Source: Mobula hypostoma (Eukaryota). From it: a DNA stretch of 64,000 bases. The position numbers were made by a program, and so were the translations under genes. The notes below the pieces were generated by a model. It saw only the letters and a list, made by a program, of their open reading frames with translations. It did no database searches and was not told the origin of the DNA. The number at the start of each line of letters is the position of its first letter. Position 1 is the first letter of the stretch. The stretch lies in NCBI RefSeq assembly GCF_963921235.1, contig NC_086097.1, positions 85,810,001 through 85,874,000 of the forward strand. The letters run 5' to 3'. Positions 25,741 through 64,000 of the stretch are shown piece by piece.

Positions 25741-28700
25741 AAGGGGCCAGAATGTGTCCTCCTGGTCTTGGGCAACTGATAAGCTACTCAAACACTGACA
25801 TCTTAGGGTTCCTAACATTTAGATGTCTTTAAAAACATTCCAAAAGAATGAAAGCATCTAAGTTATTAATTAGTTATTCCTCTATGCGTAGCATATGATA
25901 TGTTCAGAGAACGAGAAAGCAATTTCCTGAGTCTCAAGAAAAGTACAGTAAGTACTCAATTGCCAAAATTATGTTGTTCGGCACTAATAAACATCATGCA
26001 ATGCTATAAAGTTTCTAAGCTGTTAATTTTCTTGAACTATTATTTTCTTCATTTCTATGGCTGTGCACCATTATTAACATTGACATAAATTTCATCGGAT
26101 CATAAAATAGTGCAACGTTGTGCTGGTTCTCTGGTACAATTATTTAATTATTTTCTGCTTTTTATCATGAATGTAAAGGCATCACAATCTGCCCTCTACT
26201 GCTTTCAGTTTGGTGAACATGGTGGCAACTCCCTGGACCTTATTATAATAAGGGACACCTGCTATTATTGTTTAATTTATGGTACAAAATAATGAAGATT
26301 TCAATTCACAAGTACTCACACTGCTGATAAATACAGTGTTTCAGCCGAAAAGGAGAACATTTTAAATTGTTAAGCTTTGACAATGCATCATTCCATAGAC
26401 TAATCCTTGTAGCTCCTGGTATAAGTTTTAAGATCTCTAAAAAACCCAGAGGCAAATCAGACCAGTAGAAATATGCTGACACATTAAGATCTCTGGTGAA
26501 AAGGACAAAGTTGTAAATAAATAAATAAATAAATCATTATTTACACACATTTGCTGTAGAAAGAAGCATGTGAACAACTTGTGCAAGTTCCTGCAGTAAC
26601 CTGATCACAATTGCAGAAGGTTGACACTAAGTCAGATCTTGTTTTCAGTGCAGCTAAACTCTGGAAATATAAACACTACGTTATTCATTACTCAGTAACA
26701 AGTGACTTCTAGAATTTCATTGCTTATTTTTAAGCCAAAAAGCACGCGAGTTAGAAACTACCCTTAGACTGTTAACAATTTATTGGCATTCTCCGCCAAA
26801 GTAACAAAAGATCGGGAGGTTGCTAGGGAGACTTCAGTTGAAGGAAAAATCTGGTCTGAGAAAATCTATCTTCTGCTGCACACCAACAAGTCTAAAACAA
26901 AGGTAAGAAATTCCAAAATAGACCCATCTCACAATGCTTAGTTGTGAGTTACGAGTACTGAAAATGAATGGAATTTGGTCACAAACAGATTATTCTGTCA
27001 CCAGTACCATATAAATTCAGATTTAATCTCTTTGAGGAACAAAGGTGTAATGAAAAACATTTACTAACTGAGAACGCAGCTGCACATTTTGCCAACTATG
27101 GGCTTAGAACATGTTACATTCAGAGACATTTCTGTTTGAGGAATACTGCTTCAGAAAAGTTGACATATCAATACTGCTTTTCTCATTAGCATTTATTAAT
27201 TCATGTACACCCAAACTGTTTTAGCAAAATATATATAAAAGTAAATGCAATTTAAGAGAAAAGGTATTTTTTTCTGCTGTTATTTTAACATACTGCATTA
27301 ATAAGTGCTCGCCTGTTCTTTGAGCTGAACTAAGATAGAGAGATCTTGATAACAATTAGTTTCTATATCAGATTTTTTGGTGCATTTTGATTATGAAGAC
27401 GAATAATCTGTGTTTGTAGCCCAAATCACACTAAATGTCATTTTGATATGTGTGCCGCTGACTCCCACTGGAAGAATGGAGAGACAGCCAATTGTGATGT
27501 CAGTGGGTGATGCTAATATTTTGACAGGACTGTCAGAATGAAGCTACCCATTCTTGCACATGTGAGCATGTGCTTAGTCATAGGTGGGACCACCCAATGA
27601 CATTTTTAAAGAAAACTATTGACTTTCAGATTGATCTTTGTGGATTGACTTTTACTGGCTTTTATTCACTTATTATAAATATCTGGTATTTTCTAAAGTT
27701 CACTGCAGTTTTTAAGTTTATAAGGAACCTTGCTTCACTTGATATTCATTGATATTTTTAGGAGCTTATATTTGTTTATCTCACTATCAACTGCATTTTT
27801 TGCATAAATTTTAACCATTTTCCTTAAATGCAAATCTAAATCTTTGATAATTTATCAGAAAGAGAACTAAGCCCCAAAAAGTCCAACTTACAGGTCCATG
27901 GAATATCAGCATTTTGCATTTCCCTTGGATCCAATGGGTTTTTACTTGTCTGAGTAGTCTATCATCTTGGACCTCATAATTTGCCTTGTTAAAATGCACA
28001 TTGACAAATGCCCAGCATATGGAGCAATGTTCCAATCAATTTCCTCAAAGTTACATAAATGAAAGATGCTTTTGGACACCCCCCTGGGTCAATCCATATG
28101 GTCACTAAAATGGCTGTCATATTTTCATGACTCATTTTCTAACACTCTATTTTAGTCTGTGTATATTTTAGTCTTCTATGTGAAACAAACCTTTCTTCTC
28201 CTATCATGTATGCCTTCTGAGGTGTTTCTAATTATGAGTTTTACATTTTTCTTCACTCTTCTGGTCCCCCCCACCCCTGCCACTGCAGTTTTACCTCACT
28301 TCTGAACAAGCTGCTAGCAATGAAACATGATTTGCAATTCCTCCTGGAGAAGCGGCATTCTTTGTTTGATCAGCATTCACCCTGCTGTGAGATACTGAAA
28401 GAACAACTTTTGCCTTGAGCCTTACATAGACTTCTGCATTTAGGTTGCATTGCATAAATATTCAGCTTCTTGATAATCCCTTGATTTCATACTGATTTAT
28501 GACTGGAGCAGTGGAATTTGAATTCAGTTCAAAATCTAAAGATTAGACCATTTATTTTAAGAATGGGTGGTTAACTAAGGCCACATGACTTTGCTATCAC
28601 CTCTCAACATTCTGTGATGCTATTCTACAAAGGCTAAATTTACACCTGCTGTAATTTTCCCTGTTTTTGTTCTAGGTTCTGATATTATGCATTATTTTGT

Positions 28701-28789
28701 ATTTTTCTCAGTTTTCCAAGCCTTTTCCTGAAAGCTTTTTAAACATTTTTACTTTTCAAACTTTTGATGTGTTCCCATATCACCACGGT

Positions 28790-29170
28790 CTCGCTCCCCC
28801 TCATTAGTGACATTTACTGGGAGCATTGTAAACAAAGGGCCTGAAGCATGGTTGAGGACTCCGACCACCCATCCCACAATTCTCTTTGACCCACTACCAT
28901 CAGGAAGGAGGTACAGGAGCATCAGGACGAGGAATGCCAGACTGGGTCAAAGCTTCTTCCCTCAGACTGTAAGACTAATGAATATCCTTCCACCATCAAG
29001 ATCACATCACTAGGACAGTGAGCTGTTTACTGTGCTGCTTATTGTTTACCTGTGCTGCATACTACATGCATTTTGAATTATATTTTATTAACTTACTTGT
29101 GGTAATATTTAGCTTTATGCAGTGTGTGTGATATATGTTTTGTGGGTGCACCGTGGTCCAGAGGAACATT
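28790..29170 (+). mobile_element. Rex1/Babar-like LINE 3' fragment
   Basis: HPTILFDPLPSGRRYRSIRTRNARLGQSFFPQTVRLMN. Confidence 0.7.
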
Positions 29171-30749
29171 TCATTTTTTGCTTAAATTTTAATAAAATTC
29201 ATTAAAATAGCCTTACATTAAGTTTTACTTCATATCAGAAAAATTGCATAGCATTAAAATTAAAGCAAGCAGTAAGCACTATAAAGTAAAAAAATTAAGG
29301 TTCATTAATTTCCATTGGGACTACACAAAGTTTATTTCTTGTTTCTATCAGTATTTATTGAAATTTGGAATGCATTAAAGATACATTTACCTTGGAAAGG
29401 ATCTGATCATTTATTGTGGCCTGGAAGATTAAGCAGCCAACTTCAATTAGTATACACAATCCTGCTTAATTATAGGAGACAGACAGGGAAAAAATGCCTG
29501 CTAACTTGGGAAGTCAAATGATCACCTGAATATAAGTGGATTTGATTTTCTATGGTTAGCAGAATCACTGAAAGGAAAAGAAACTCACTGCTGTAACTGC
29601 TGTCGGATGTATGACAGACAATTTACACAGGGCAAGGTCCCACAAAAAGTAGAATGAGCTAAACAATCAGTTAATCATTAGTTATGATGTTGGTTGAGAA
29701 ATAGATGGTCAAGACACTAGAAAAAGTGATACTCTTCTTTAAATAATTATTTACTACTTATTGAGGTATTTGAACAAACAACATGCTTTAAAATGCTTTA
29801 TAACATTGTTAGTACAGCTGTTAAAATTGATTTTTCCCATTCAATGCCAGCTTTACTATCCCATGAATAAGTCAGAGGTAAGAAAAATCAAGATTGATGA
29901 CAAACTGGATCTTATATAGATCAATCTGATAGGTGAGTTTCAACTACTAAAATACTGAGGGTTCCAATTCTCATTGTGAATTTTAGGTGAAATTCTAGAT
30001 GTTTACAAATCTGATTAACAATTGCTTTAAGGTACATCAATACTACCTGTAGCCTATCAAAGTACAAAAAATATTGCTTGGGGTTTTACATGTTGAAATA
30101 TAAAACAAATAATTAACAAGGAGTTTATATAACAGAGTTCATGTGAAATATATTTTTACATTTTGTGAGCAGAAAAATATTTCAATTTAAAGAGCTAAAG
30201 GTTTGGGGGAGGGAGTGGTGTAGGGAGAAGTAAGGAGAAACCTTTTCACCCTGAGTGTGATTATGATCCAAAACTTACTGCCAGAATGAGAGGTGGAAAG
30301 AGACAAAGAGACTTACCCAGTGCTTTCAAGAGGAAATAGGATAAATATTTAAGGGAAAATACTTTGGGTTTATGGACTCAATTTCATTCTGAGTGCTGGT
30401 GCTTGCTTTATTGTTTGCATGATTTGATTGATTTGTTTTCTCTCTCTGTGCAATGGGTGTTAGTCTTATTTTTAAATGGGTTCTTTTGGGTTTCTTGTTT
30501 TGTGGCTATCTGTTAAGCAGAAGAATCTCAAGGTTATATGATTTATACATACTTTGATAATAGAATGTACGTTGAACTTTGAGTTTTGAAAATAGTTCAT
30601 ATGATTGCCAGGAAAAAGTAGAGGGATAAAGCTGATTGGATTTCTCCACAGAAAGCCATTTACAGTGAGTGAAATGGCTGCCTTTACAATTTGCCTGATT
30701 TTTGCAACTGGGTTTTAAATATATTACTAGTATCTACCTATTTTTTTAG

Positions 30750-30958
30750 GAGAACTGCCCTTGCCAGTTCTTGTCAATGATCACCGCCTGATGTAATGGA
30801 ACTGTCTTTCCTTGATATTCTTCAACGGCAAACCAGGTTCAAACAAAATTCTCTTTCTCATATCCTGAAAGATAATAATTCAGACATTCTGGATTTCAGT
30901 CTTTCATGCTGATTCTGAAAGGAACCATCAGCCAAATGCAAATTCAACTGAGAGGTTG
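30750..30958 (+). other. candidate upstream (5' UTR / alternative N-terminal) exon of the polyamine oxidase gene
   Basis: Acceptor tttttttag|G and consensus donor TTG|GTAAGT, 261 nt upstream of the exon-1 acceptor; non-repetitive sequence. Confidence 0.5.
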
Positions 30959-31235
30959 GTAAGTTCATCATTAGATTTCCTCTCAAGCCTGTTACCAAGG
31001 AAATCTCAAGGTAAAAAAAATCCAGCAATATTTATCGGAGCATTCTTCTAACCAGCTATTAGCTTACTCTGTTGTTAAATGCCTTCTGTGCAATGACTAA
31101 GTGATGAAGTTTTAAAGGGGAAGTTACCAAAGTCACACCAGACATATCTATTGCAGGTCTGTCTTGCAGAAAATTTGTAGTTTATATGTGTTTGTGTGTG
31201 TCTTTTTTTTATTTCTAAGGACGGGCTCAAAAAAT

Positions 31236-57633
<26,398 letters not shown>

Positions 57634-59519
57634 ATTTCCAAAATCGAAGTTCTGAATCTTCAAGTCTTTCATTTCTTTGATTTGCTGCATTAAAAATTAA
57701 TCATGTTTTGTCTAAAAGCCTTTCAGTGAGAAAACATTTCAAAGATGAATCAACTCTGCTTAAGAACGTTTTAGACATGTTCGTCAATTTTGATTTGACT
57801 TATGTTCACTTGATAATGTGAGTAAAATCTTTGACAACTAATACATTTTGTGCATTCCTGCTCAATCATTATCATAGACTCAATTTCTAATTGACTCATA
57901 GAACTGTGCCTCCTACTAATTTGCCCAAGTTTTTGTTATAACTTCTAGATCTGGCACATTAAAGCAAAGATTACAATTGTGCTATACACATGGTGATGCT
58001 GTGTAGTTGATATTATTTAACCAATTGGAGACAGGCTGCAAGTGTTGGAATCTGATGGAGGAACACTGTGGGTCAAGGGTAGGGGGTGTCTATGTGTCTT
58101 TCAATATTATCAATCAAGTTCCTGAAATAGGGTCTTGACTCACATCATTAACAGTTCCTCCCCACACAGATTCTGCTCAACCTATTGAATTCCTCTAGTT
58201 CTCTAACTAAATGACTGCCCTGGATCAACACTTGTGTTACACGGTAGCCCACTCACCTAGTAATACCGAAGAATAAGGCATCCTATTTAGAAAATATCAG
58301 AATACTGATCTCCAAATTAAGTGCAAATCAAATGTTTTAAATATGACAGCGCAATACAATTGAGATTATTAAAGTCTATTTGCATTGAAGTGATGCAAAC
58401 ATGTTAACAGCCCAAGAAAGCAAATAGTAGAGCTTGAAGGCCCCTATCATTATGAGCACACTGTGCAGATCACACTCCTCTGGCCCTGCCATCCTCCTAT
58501 GAAGCTAAATTTTAGACATAACCACAGTAATTGATCTTACAAAGTCATATGGTCCTTTCTGGACCCATTTTCTTTCTTTAATTCATTCCTATATCCCTTA
58601 TAAACCTCGAAGGACTCATTCAATACCAATTTCCTATGACTGAGACACACTTGCTTCTTCTCCCTGATCAAACCTTCAATATCCTTTGTTAACATCTCTG
58701 ATTCTTACCCTTACAGACATGCTCATACTGAATTCTTACTGTTGCATTTAGACACCTCCCACTTGTCACATGTCATTTTCCCCTCTAGGAGCTGCTCCCA
58801 CTCCCACTAGGTCCTGTCTTATATCTGCCTTCAGACAAGAGATTCCACAGATGCTGGAAATCTTGATCAACACGCTCAAAATTGCTCAGGATATCCACTT
58901 TCCTCCCATTTAAAGGCCCTATTTTGAAGACCATCCTTATTGTTTCCTATAACCGTCTTGAACCTAACTGAACTATGGTAACTGTTTCCAATGCATTCAT
59001 GCACAACACTTCGATAATTTGGTCATCCTTCTTCCAGAAGATCTCGTGCAAACCCTTCTATAAAAGGATTGCCTACAGCTTCTTTAAAAGAAATGGTGCT
59101 TTATGCACTCCATTCACTCTGTTCTCTCAATCTCACTTCTTATGGTAACCAGTTGCACACAGCTTCTTGTCTTCAATTTCTGCCACAGTTTAAAATCAGA
59201 TTATTGACCCTATTTAATCCCCATTGTCTAAGGCACCCCACCTAGTTCTTAGAACACTTATTCTCTTAACCATCTTTAATCTCTCCTCCACTATGCAGTC
59301 AGACTTTAACATTCTCCTACTCTCATATTTCTCACCCTTTTCATTTGTTCCACTCTCTAGCTCCTCATTGTAGTCTTGTCACCTTTCTGTAACTACTCCC
59401 TGTAGTGATCTAAAACTAGAGACTTGAGTATATAGAACATTAAGGTTATTGTACTCTATCTAGCTAGACATGTATTGTTTGTCTTTCTTCATAAGCTTGA
59501 TTCACATTACTAAACAGGA

Positions 59520-59876
59520 CACCTCCTTCTCCCTTATTGGGGAGAGAGACTGGTATGTCAAATAACAGGTGAACTAGTAGCCTTTGGGGTACTGCAAGTC
59601 TGTGTTTTTGCTTTTGCTTTGCTGCACGCGTGAGTGCTCAGTAGTGGGTGTCGATGCTTTTTTTGCTGGTGGGGAGAGGGGGGGATCATTGCTTGCTGCC
59701 ACTTAACATGCAGGAGGGAGGGGAGCTGGGGGAGTTTTGGGGTTCTAACATTTAACTGTCATTCATTTTCTGGGGGTACTCCTCTGTTTTCGTGGATGGT
59801 TGCAAAAAAAAAAAATTTCAGGATATATATTGCATACATTTCTCTGACATTAAATTTACCTTTGAAACCTTTGAAA
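59520..59876 (+). mobile_element. retroposon 3' end with (CCTTTGAAA)n tail, family uncertain
   Basis: Ends attaaatttacctttgaaacctttgaaa; a comparable tail is at ~30555-30590. Confidence 0.4.
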
Positions 59877-60242
59877 GATGCAGAGCTTGATGAGGACTAT
59901 GTTATCAGCAGTGCTCTAGATTCTAAAGAAACACACAAAAGAGAAACGCCTAAAGAAAAACAAGCTTTCATTAACTTAGTAATAATAATAAAAGCAATAA
60001 ACAAATTATTCACAGAAATCAGAACTAGTACGTCTCCCTTGGCAAGAAAAGATCAGTTTAAATACAATAGCATGGTTCCAAGTCAAAACATGGGTCATTA
60101 AATTGTCATTGTGTATCAATGAACTTGCTGAACTCCATAAATTACCTAGTGACTGGAGAAGTTTCCCATGTACAATGCTTTCCCTGAGGGTTCAATTGAT
60201 ATGTATTCACCCTCCCCTCCAAAAAAATGCATTGATGGGAAA

Positions 60243-60660
60243 TAAGACCATAAGACATACTGTAAAAGCAGAATGAGGCCATTCTGCCCATTGAGTCAAC
60301 TCCACTCCACTATTCTATCATGGTTGATTTATTATCCCCTCAACCTTGTTCCACCGTCTTCTCCTCGTAACCTTTGACACCCTTACTAATCAAGACTCCA
60401 ACAACCTCTGCTTTAAATATACCCAATAACTTGACCTCTACAGCTGTTTGTAGCAATGAATTCCAGATTCACCACCCTCTGGGTAAAGAAATCCTTCCCC
60501 ATCTCTGTTCTAAAGGGACATCCTTGTAGTCTGAGGCTGTGTCCTCTGGTCCTACACTATAGGAAACATTCGGTCCACATTCACTCTGTCTAGGTCTTTC
60601 AATATTCAATAGTTTCAAGAGATCCCCTCTCATTCATCTAAACTCCAACAAATACAGAAC
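60243..60660 (-). mobile_element. CR1 LINE 3' fragment
   Basis: Begins taagaccataagacata (reverse complement of the CR1 tail); similar to 12870-13255. Confidence 0.85.
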
Positions 60661-60889
60661 CAGTTCTTATTGCATTTAAGAATGTATTTACAATCCAACT
60701 GATTTAGCCCTCTCATAATCCATGACACAGACAATGTCATTCTACAGTAGGTCCATTAACTGTAGTGATAGACATGTAAATATTCAATATTCTCAAAACA
60801 TTATTGTCATCCTAGTTCAATAGTGCAATACTAGAGAGTTTCAATCTTCTAGACTCTAGTAAAATGGGTGCAGCAGGGGTGGTTGGGAG

Positions 60890-61268
60890 GGAGATAATCA
60901 CATTGAAACCTATGGAATATTGATAGGCTGGATAGATTGGGCATGGAGAGAATGTTTCCAATTGTGATAGAGTCTAGGACTGGAGGGCGCAGCCTCAGAA
61001 TAGAAGAAAAAAACCCTCAGAAAAGAGATGACAAAGGATTTCTTCAGCTAGGTGGTGACAAATCTGTGGAATTCATTGCCACAGACAGCTGTGGAGGCAA
61101 AGTCATTAGGTGCATTTAAAGCATTCTTGATTAATAAGGGTGTGAAACATTATGGGGAAAAGGCAGGAGAATGGGGTTGTGAGGGAAAATAGATCAGCTA
61201 TAAGCAAATGGTGGAGCAGACACGATGGGCTGAATGGCCCAATTGTGCTCTTACATTTTATGGTCTTA
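60890..61268 (+). mobile_element. CR1 LINE 3' fragment
   Basis: MERMFPIVIESRTGGRSLRI; ends ttatggtctta. Confidence 0.85.
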
Positions 61269-61901
61269 TTAATTTCCTTGCCAGTGTGTAGTTGACAACT
61301 AAGGAAAATGTTTTCATCATACTAAGCATTTAATTTTCAAAACGTTGCCTGCAGCTTCCATTAATGGAAAGCACAAGATTGGCTGTGCATTCTCATCCGA
61401 GGATCACCTGCTGGGTACACATATTGACACTTACACCTTATCATTCCCTACATTTTAAAGAACGTGAAACATTTGGCTTCCCAATATGCTTTCCAGATGG
61501 GTCCTGTGTTAATAAATATAGCCGGTGGTGCTTATTTTGCAGAGAACAGAATCCCCATTGTGCTTTCCATTGTCCCTTTAGTGATTTTTTTTTGTGTATG
61601 TACTTTCCTGGAAGCTTCTTTTCTGCCTATGTACATTTGGCTTTTTCCACTCTTTTCTGTTTTCTCACAACCCTGCTTAATCCTTCTATACATCCTTATC
61701 AGTTCTTATGGTCTAGTTATTTTCACTTGCATTCCGGCCTCAGGTATGGAAAGAATAATAGATTAGAATGTTATAAACAATGCCAATAATTTTTTTTAAA
61801 TCCTGCAGGAAAAACATCATAAAACAAATAAACATTTTAGTTAAATTAGCAACACCAACAAAAACAATAAAAAAAAACAATGACAAAAATCAGCAATAGT
61901 A

Positions 61902-62288
61902 CAGTAGGTGCAAACGTCTTATGTAATGCTAGATTTTTTAATATATGGCTTCAGATCTCAACAACATCAAGGCTGTCTGGGATTACCTGAAGAGACAGAA
62001 ACATGTGAGACAGCAAGAGTATGTGGAAGAAATGTAGTAAGTCACCAAAGGTGCTTGGAACAACCTACCAGCTGATAGTCTTACACAAAAAAAATGACAC
62101 AGTGCTTCTAAGAGTTGCAGTTTTAAAGGCAAAAGGTGATCACATCAAATATTGATTTGATTTAGATTTTTTGTTTACTATTTGTAATTTTTTTGATATC
62201 TAGACACTTCTCAATTCCTTATTTTTCTAAGTATCTTTGCTTTTTACATAATGTTTTTACATGTGCCCAAGACTTTTGCACAGTACTA
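61902..62288 (+). mobile_element. Tc1/mariner internally deleted relic
   Basis: TA|CAGTAGGTGCAAACGTCTT ... AAGACTTTTGCACAGTACTA|TA TIRs; degenerate transposase C-terminus DLNNIKAVWDYLKR..AWNNLP..VLKAKGDHIKY. Confidence 0.78.
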
Positions 62289-62315
62289 TAAATCACCCTA
62301 ACAAAAGTTAGATTT

Positions 62316-62352
62316 TATATATATATATACACACACACACATATACACATAC
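62316..62352. repeat. (TA)n(CA)n microsatellite
   Basis: tatatatatatatacacacacacacatatacacatac. Confidence 0.85.
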
Positions 62353-64000
62353 AGAAACGTAGTATATGTGCCATTATCCAAATCCAAAAAATAGATATCA
62401 TGTCATTTCATTTTTAGATTTTACTAACTTCTTGCTGTATGCAACAAATGATCAAGTGTGATTGGGAACATGTCCAACAAAGAATATTTTTTATTTTTAT
62501 ACAGACTGCAAAAAGCAAAACTCATGAAACATTGCTTGGCAAATGCAAAACATGTGAATCCAATTTTTTTAAGAAGTTAGCATGAGCCATTCTGCTACAA
62601 AACTATCTGCATTCCAAAAGCAGTCAGGACGAATCTCTGAGACTCTAAAAGAGGTACAGTATATAGTCTATTCAAGGAGCTGGTAAAGTGTTATTTTTTA
62701 GACTGCTGTCTGGAAGCCTGTGCAGGCAAGAGATTTACAACATAGACTACTTATAAAGTGTAAGTGGCCACCAGGAACAGCAGAAACGAGCTTTACTTCT
62801 TCTGCAACACATCATGCTTGAACACTTTTCTAATAGCTTATCATTTTAAATGACACACATTTTTATTGACCCGTCATGTTGCCACAGTTCACAGCACAAA
62901 ATCACTCACCAGCAGGGACAAATCATCCCAAGTGTCTCGCCCATAATTTCTAGTTACTGTGTTAAGGATGTCATTTCCAGAAACTTGGATACAATTATCT
63001 ACCCAGGTTCTCCACAGACAGCATCTAAAGAGAGGAAAGATGTTAAGTAAGAAGGATTATTTAAAATATAAAAATGGATGGCCGTGGTCAATTGTGCAGA
63101 AACTACCTCAAAAAGCTTGACCATTTTTCTCATCATTTCTTTTTATCCTTATAAGCACTTTTCTTATCCATCCAAAATCACAGCAAATTAATTCAGTAGC
63201 CCAATGTTCTCTCTCTAGACTACAAAAATATTTTAGTTTTGTGCATATAACAATAGCTGAGTTTTTCATAGCAATAGTATAGAGGAAACCATCAATAAAA
63301 AAATAAATGGCATTATACCAAACGTACATTTAGCTAGTCACTTACTTTATGAGGCTAGGCTGTGTGACACCTGTACAGTGTCACTGTGACCATTTGCTTT
63401 TTCAAGAGAAAGATTCGTAATTATTCCAGAAGCAAAATATCACAGATTCTACAAATCTAAGATTTAAAAAATAAAAGAGCTCAAAATATTTAACAGGTTG
63501 TGCAGCATCTGTCGGGAGAGAAACATTTCAGGTAAATGAGATATTTCAGAGTTCCATCTGCCCCACTGTGTATTTCCAACTCTGAGTTCTTTACACACTT
63601 CAATGCTGAATAAGGGTACCAAGGGATCATGAGCAAAGACGGGAATGTGGAGTTAAGTTAGAGATCAGCCACAGGCCATGTAGATGAGTGCTCCTAAACA
63701 TACACTATACTGGTTTAGACTTCGGCATTTTCCATAATAGGTTATTGCCTGAACAAGTGGTGACAAAAAAAAACTTCTAGACCTTTTCATTTTGCACTGA
63801 TGAAGGATAAAGCCTGGTTGTTTGTCTGACAATAAAAGAATGTAAATTACTGTTGGAGGGTTTCATAATGTACACACAAGAGGAAGGCACATGACATGGA
63901 ATAAGCTCTTAGATCAGACACTGAAATTTTCAGTGGTTCAGTAACAGGCAGTGGGGCATTATCAGATTGATAGACAGCAGTGGCACAGCCAGATTTGTAC

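Noticed and set aside
61364..61789. Hydrophobic ORFs (141 aa and 100 aa) and a 14-bp inverted repeat (61363-61376 / 61558-61571)
   Set aside because: No recognisable domain; hydrophobicity is explained by T-rich composition; the inverted repeat has no TSD or family support.

Overview
This is vertebrate genomic DNA, AT-rich and dense in transposons. The repeat repertoire (abundant CR1 LINEs, V-SINE/HE1-like SINEs, Penelope-type fragments) suggests a cartilaginous fish such as a ray or shark; that is an inference. The one intact protein-coding gene is a 7-coding-exon FAD-dependent polyamine oxidase (PAOX/SMOX family) on the + strand. Its CDS is join(31236-31386, 34444-34906, 42531-42724, 45227-45479, 48383-48495, 53426-53589, 57511-57633), 1461 nt / 486 aa, with all introns GT-AG and phase-consistent. 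Upstream on the same strand I found three decayed exons (homologous to exons 2, 3 and 4) of a diverged tandem paralogue pseudogene that the ORF track largely misses. A candidate upstream exon (30750-30958) carries a chain of overlapping uORFs and could add an in-frame N-terminal extension. The rest is mobile DNA: a near full-length CR1 and many CR1 fragments, four solo LTRs with TSDs (two form a young inverted pair), hAT, pogo-like and Tc1 relics, SINEs, and Penelope-type fragments bearing minimal hammerhead-ribozyme motifs. No prokaryotic system, CRISPR array, rRNA or true tRNA gene is present.
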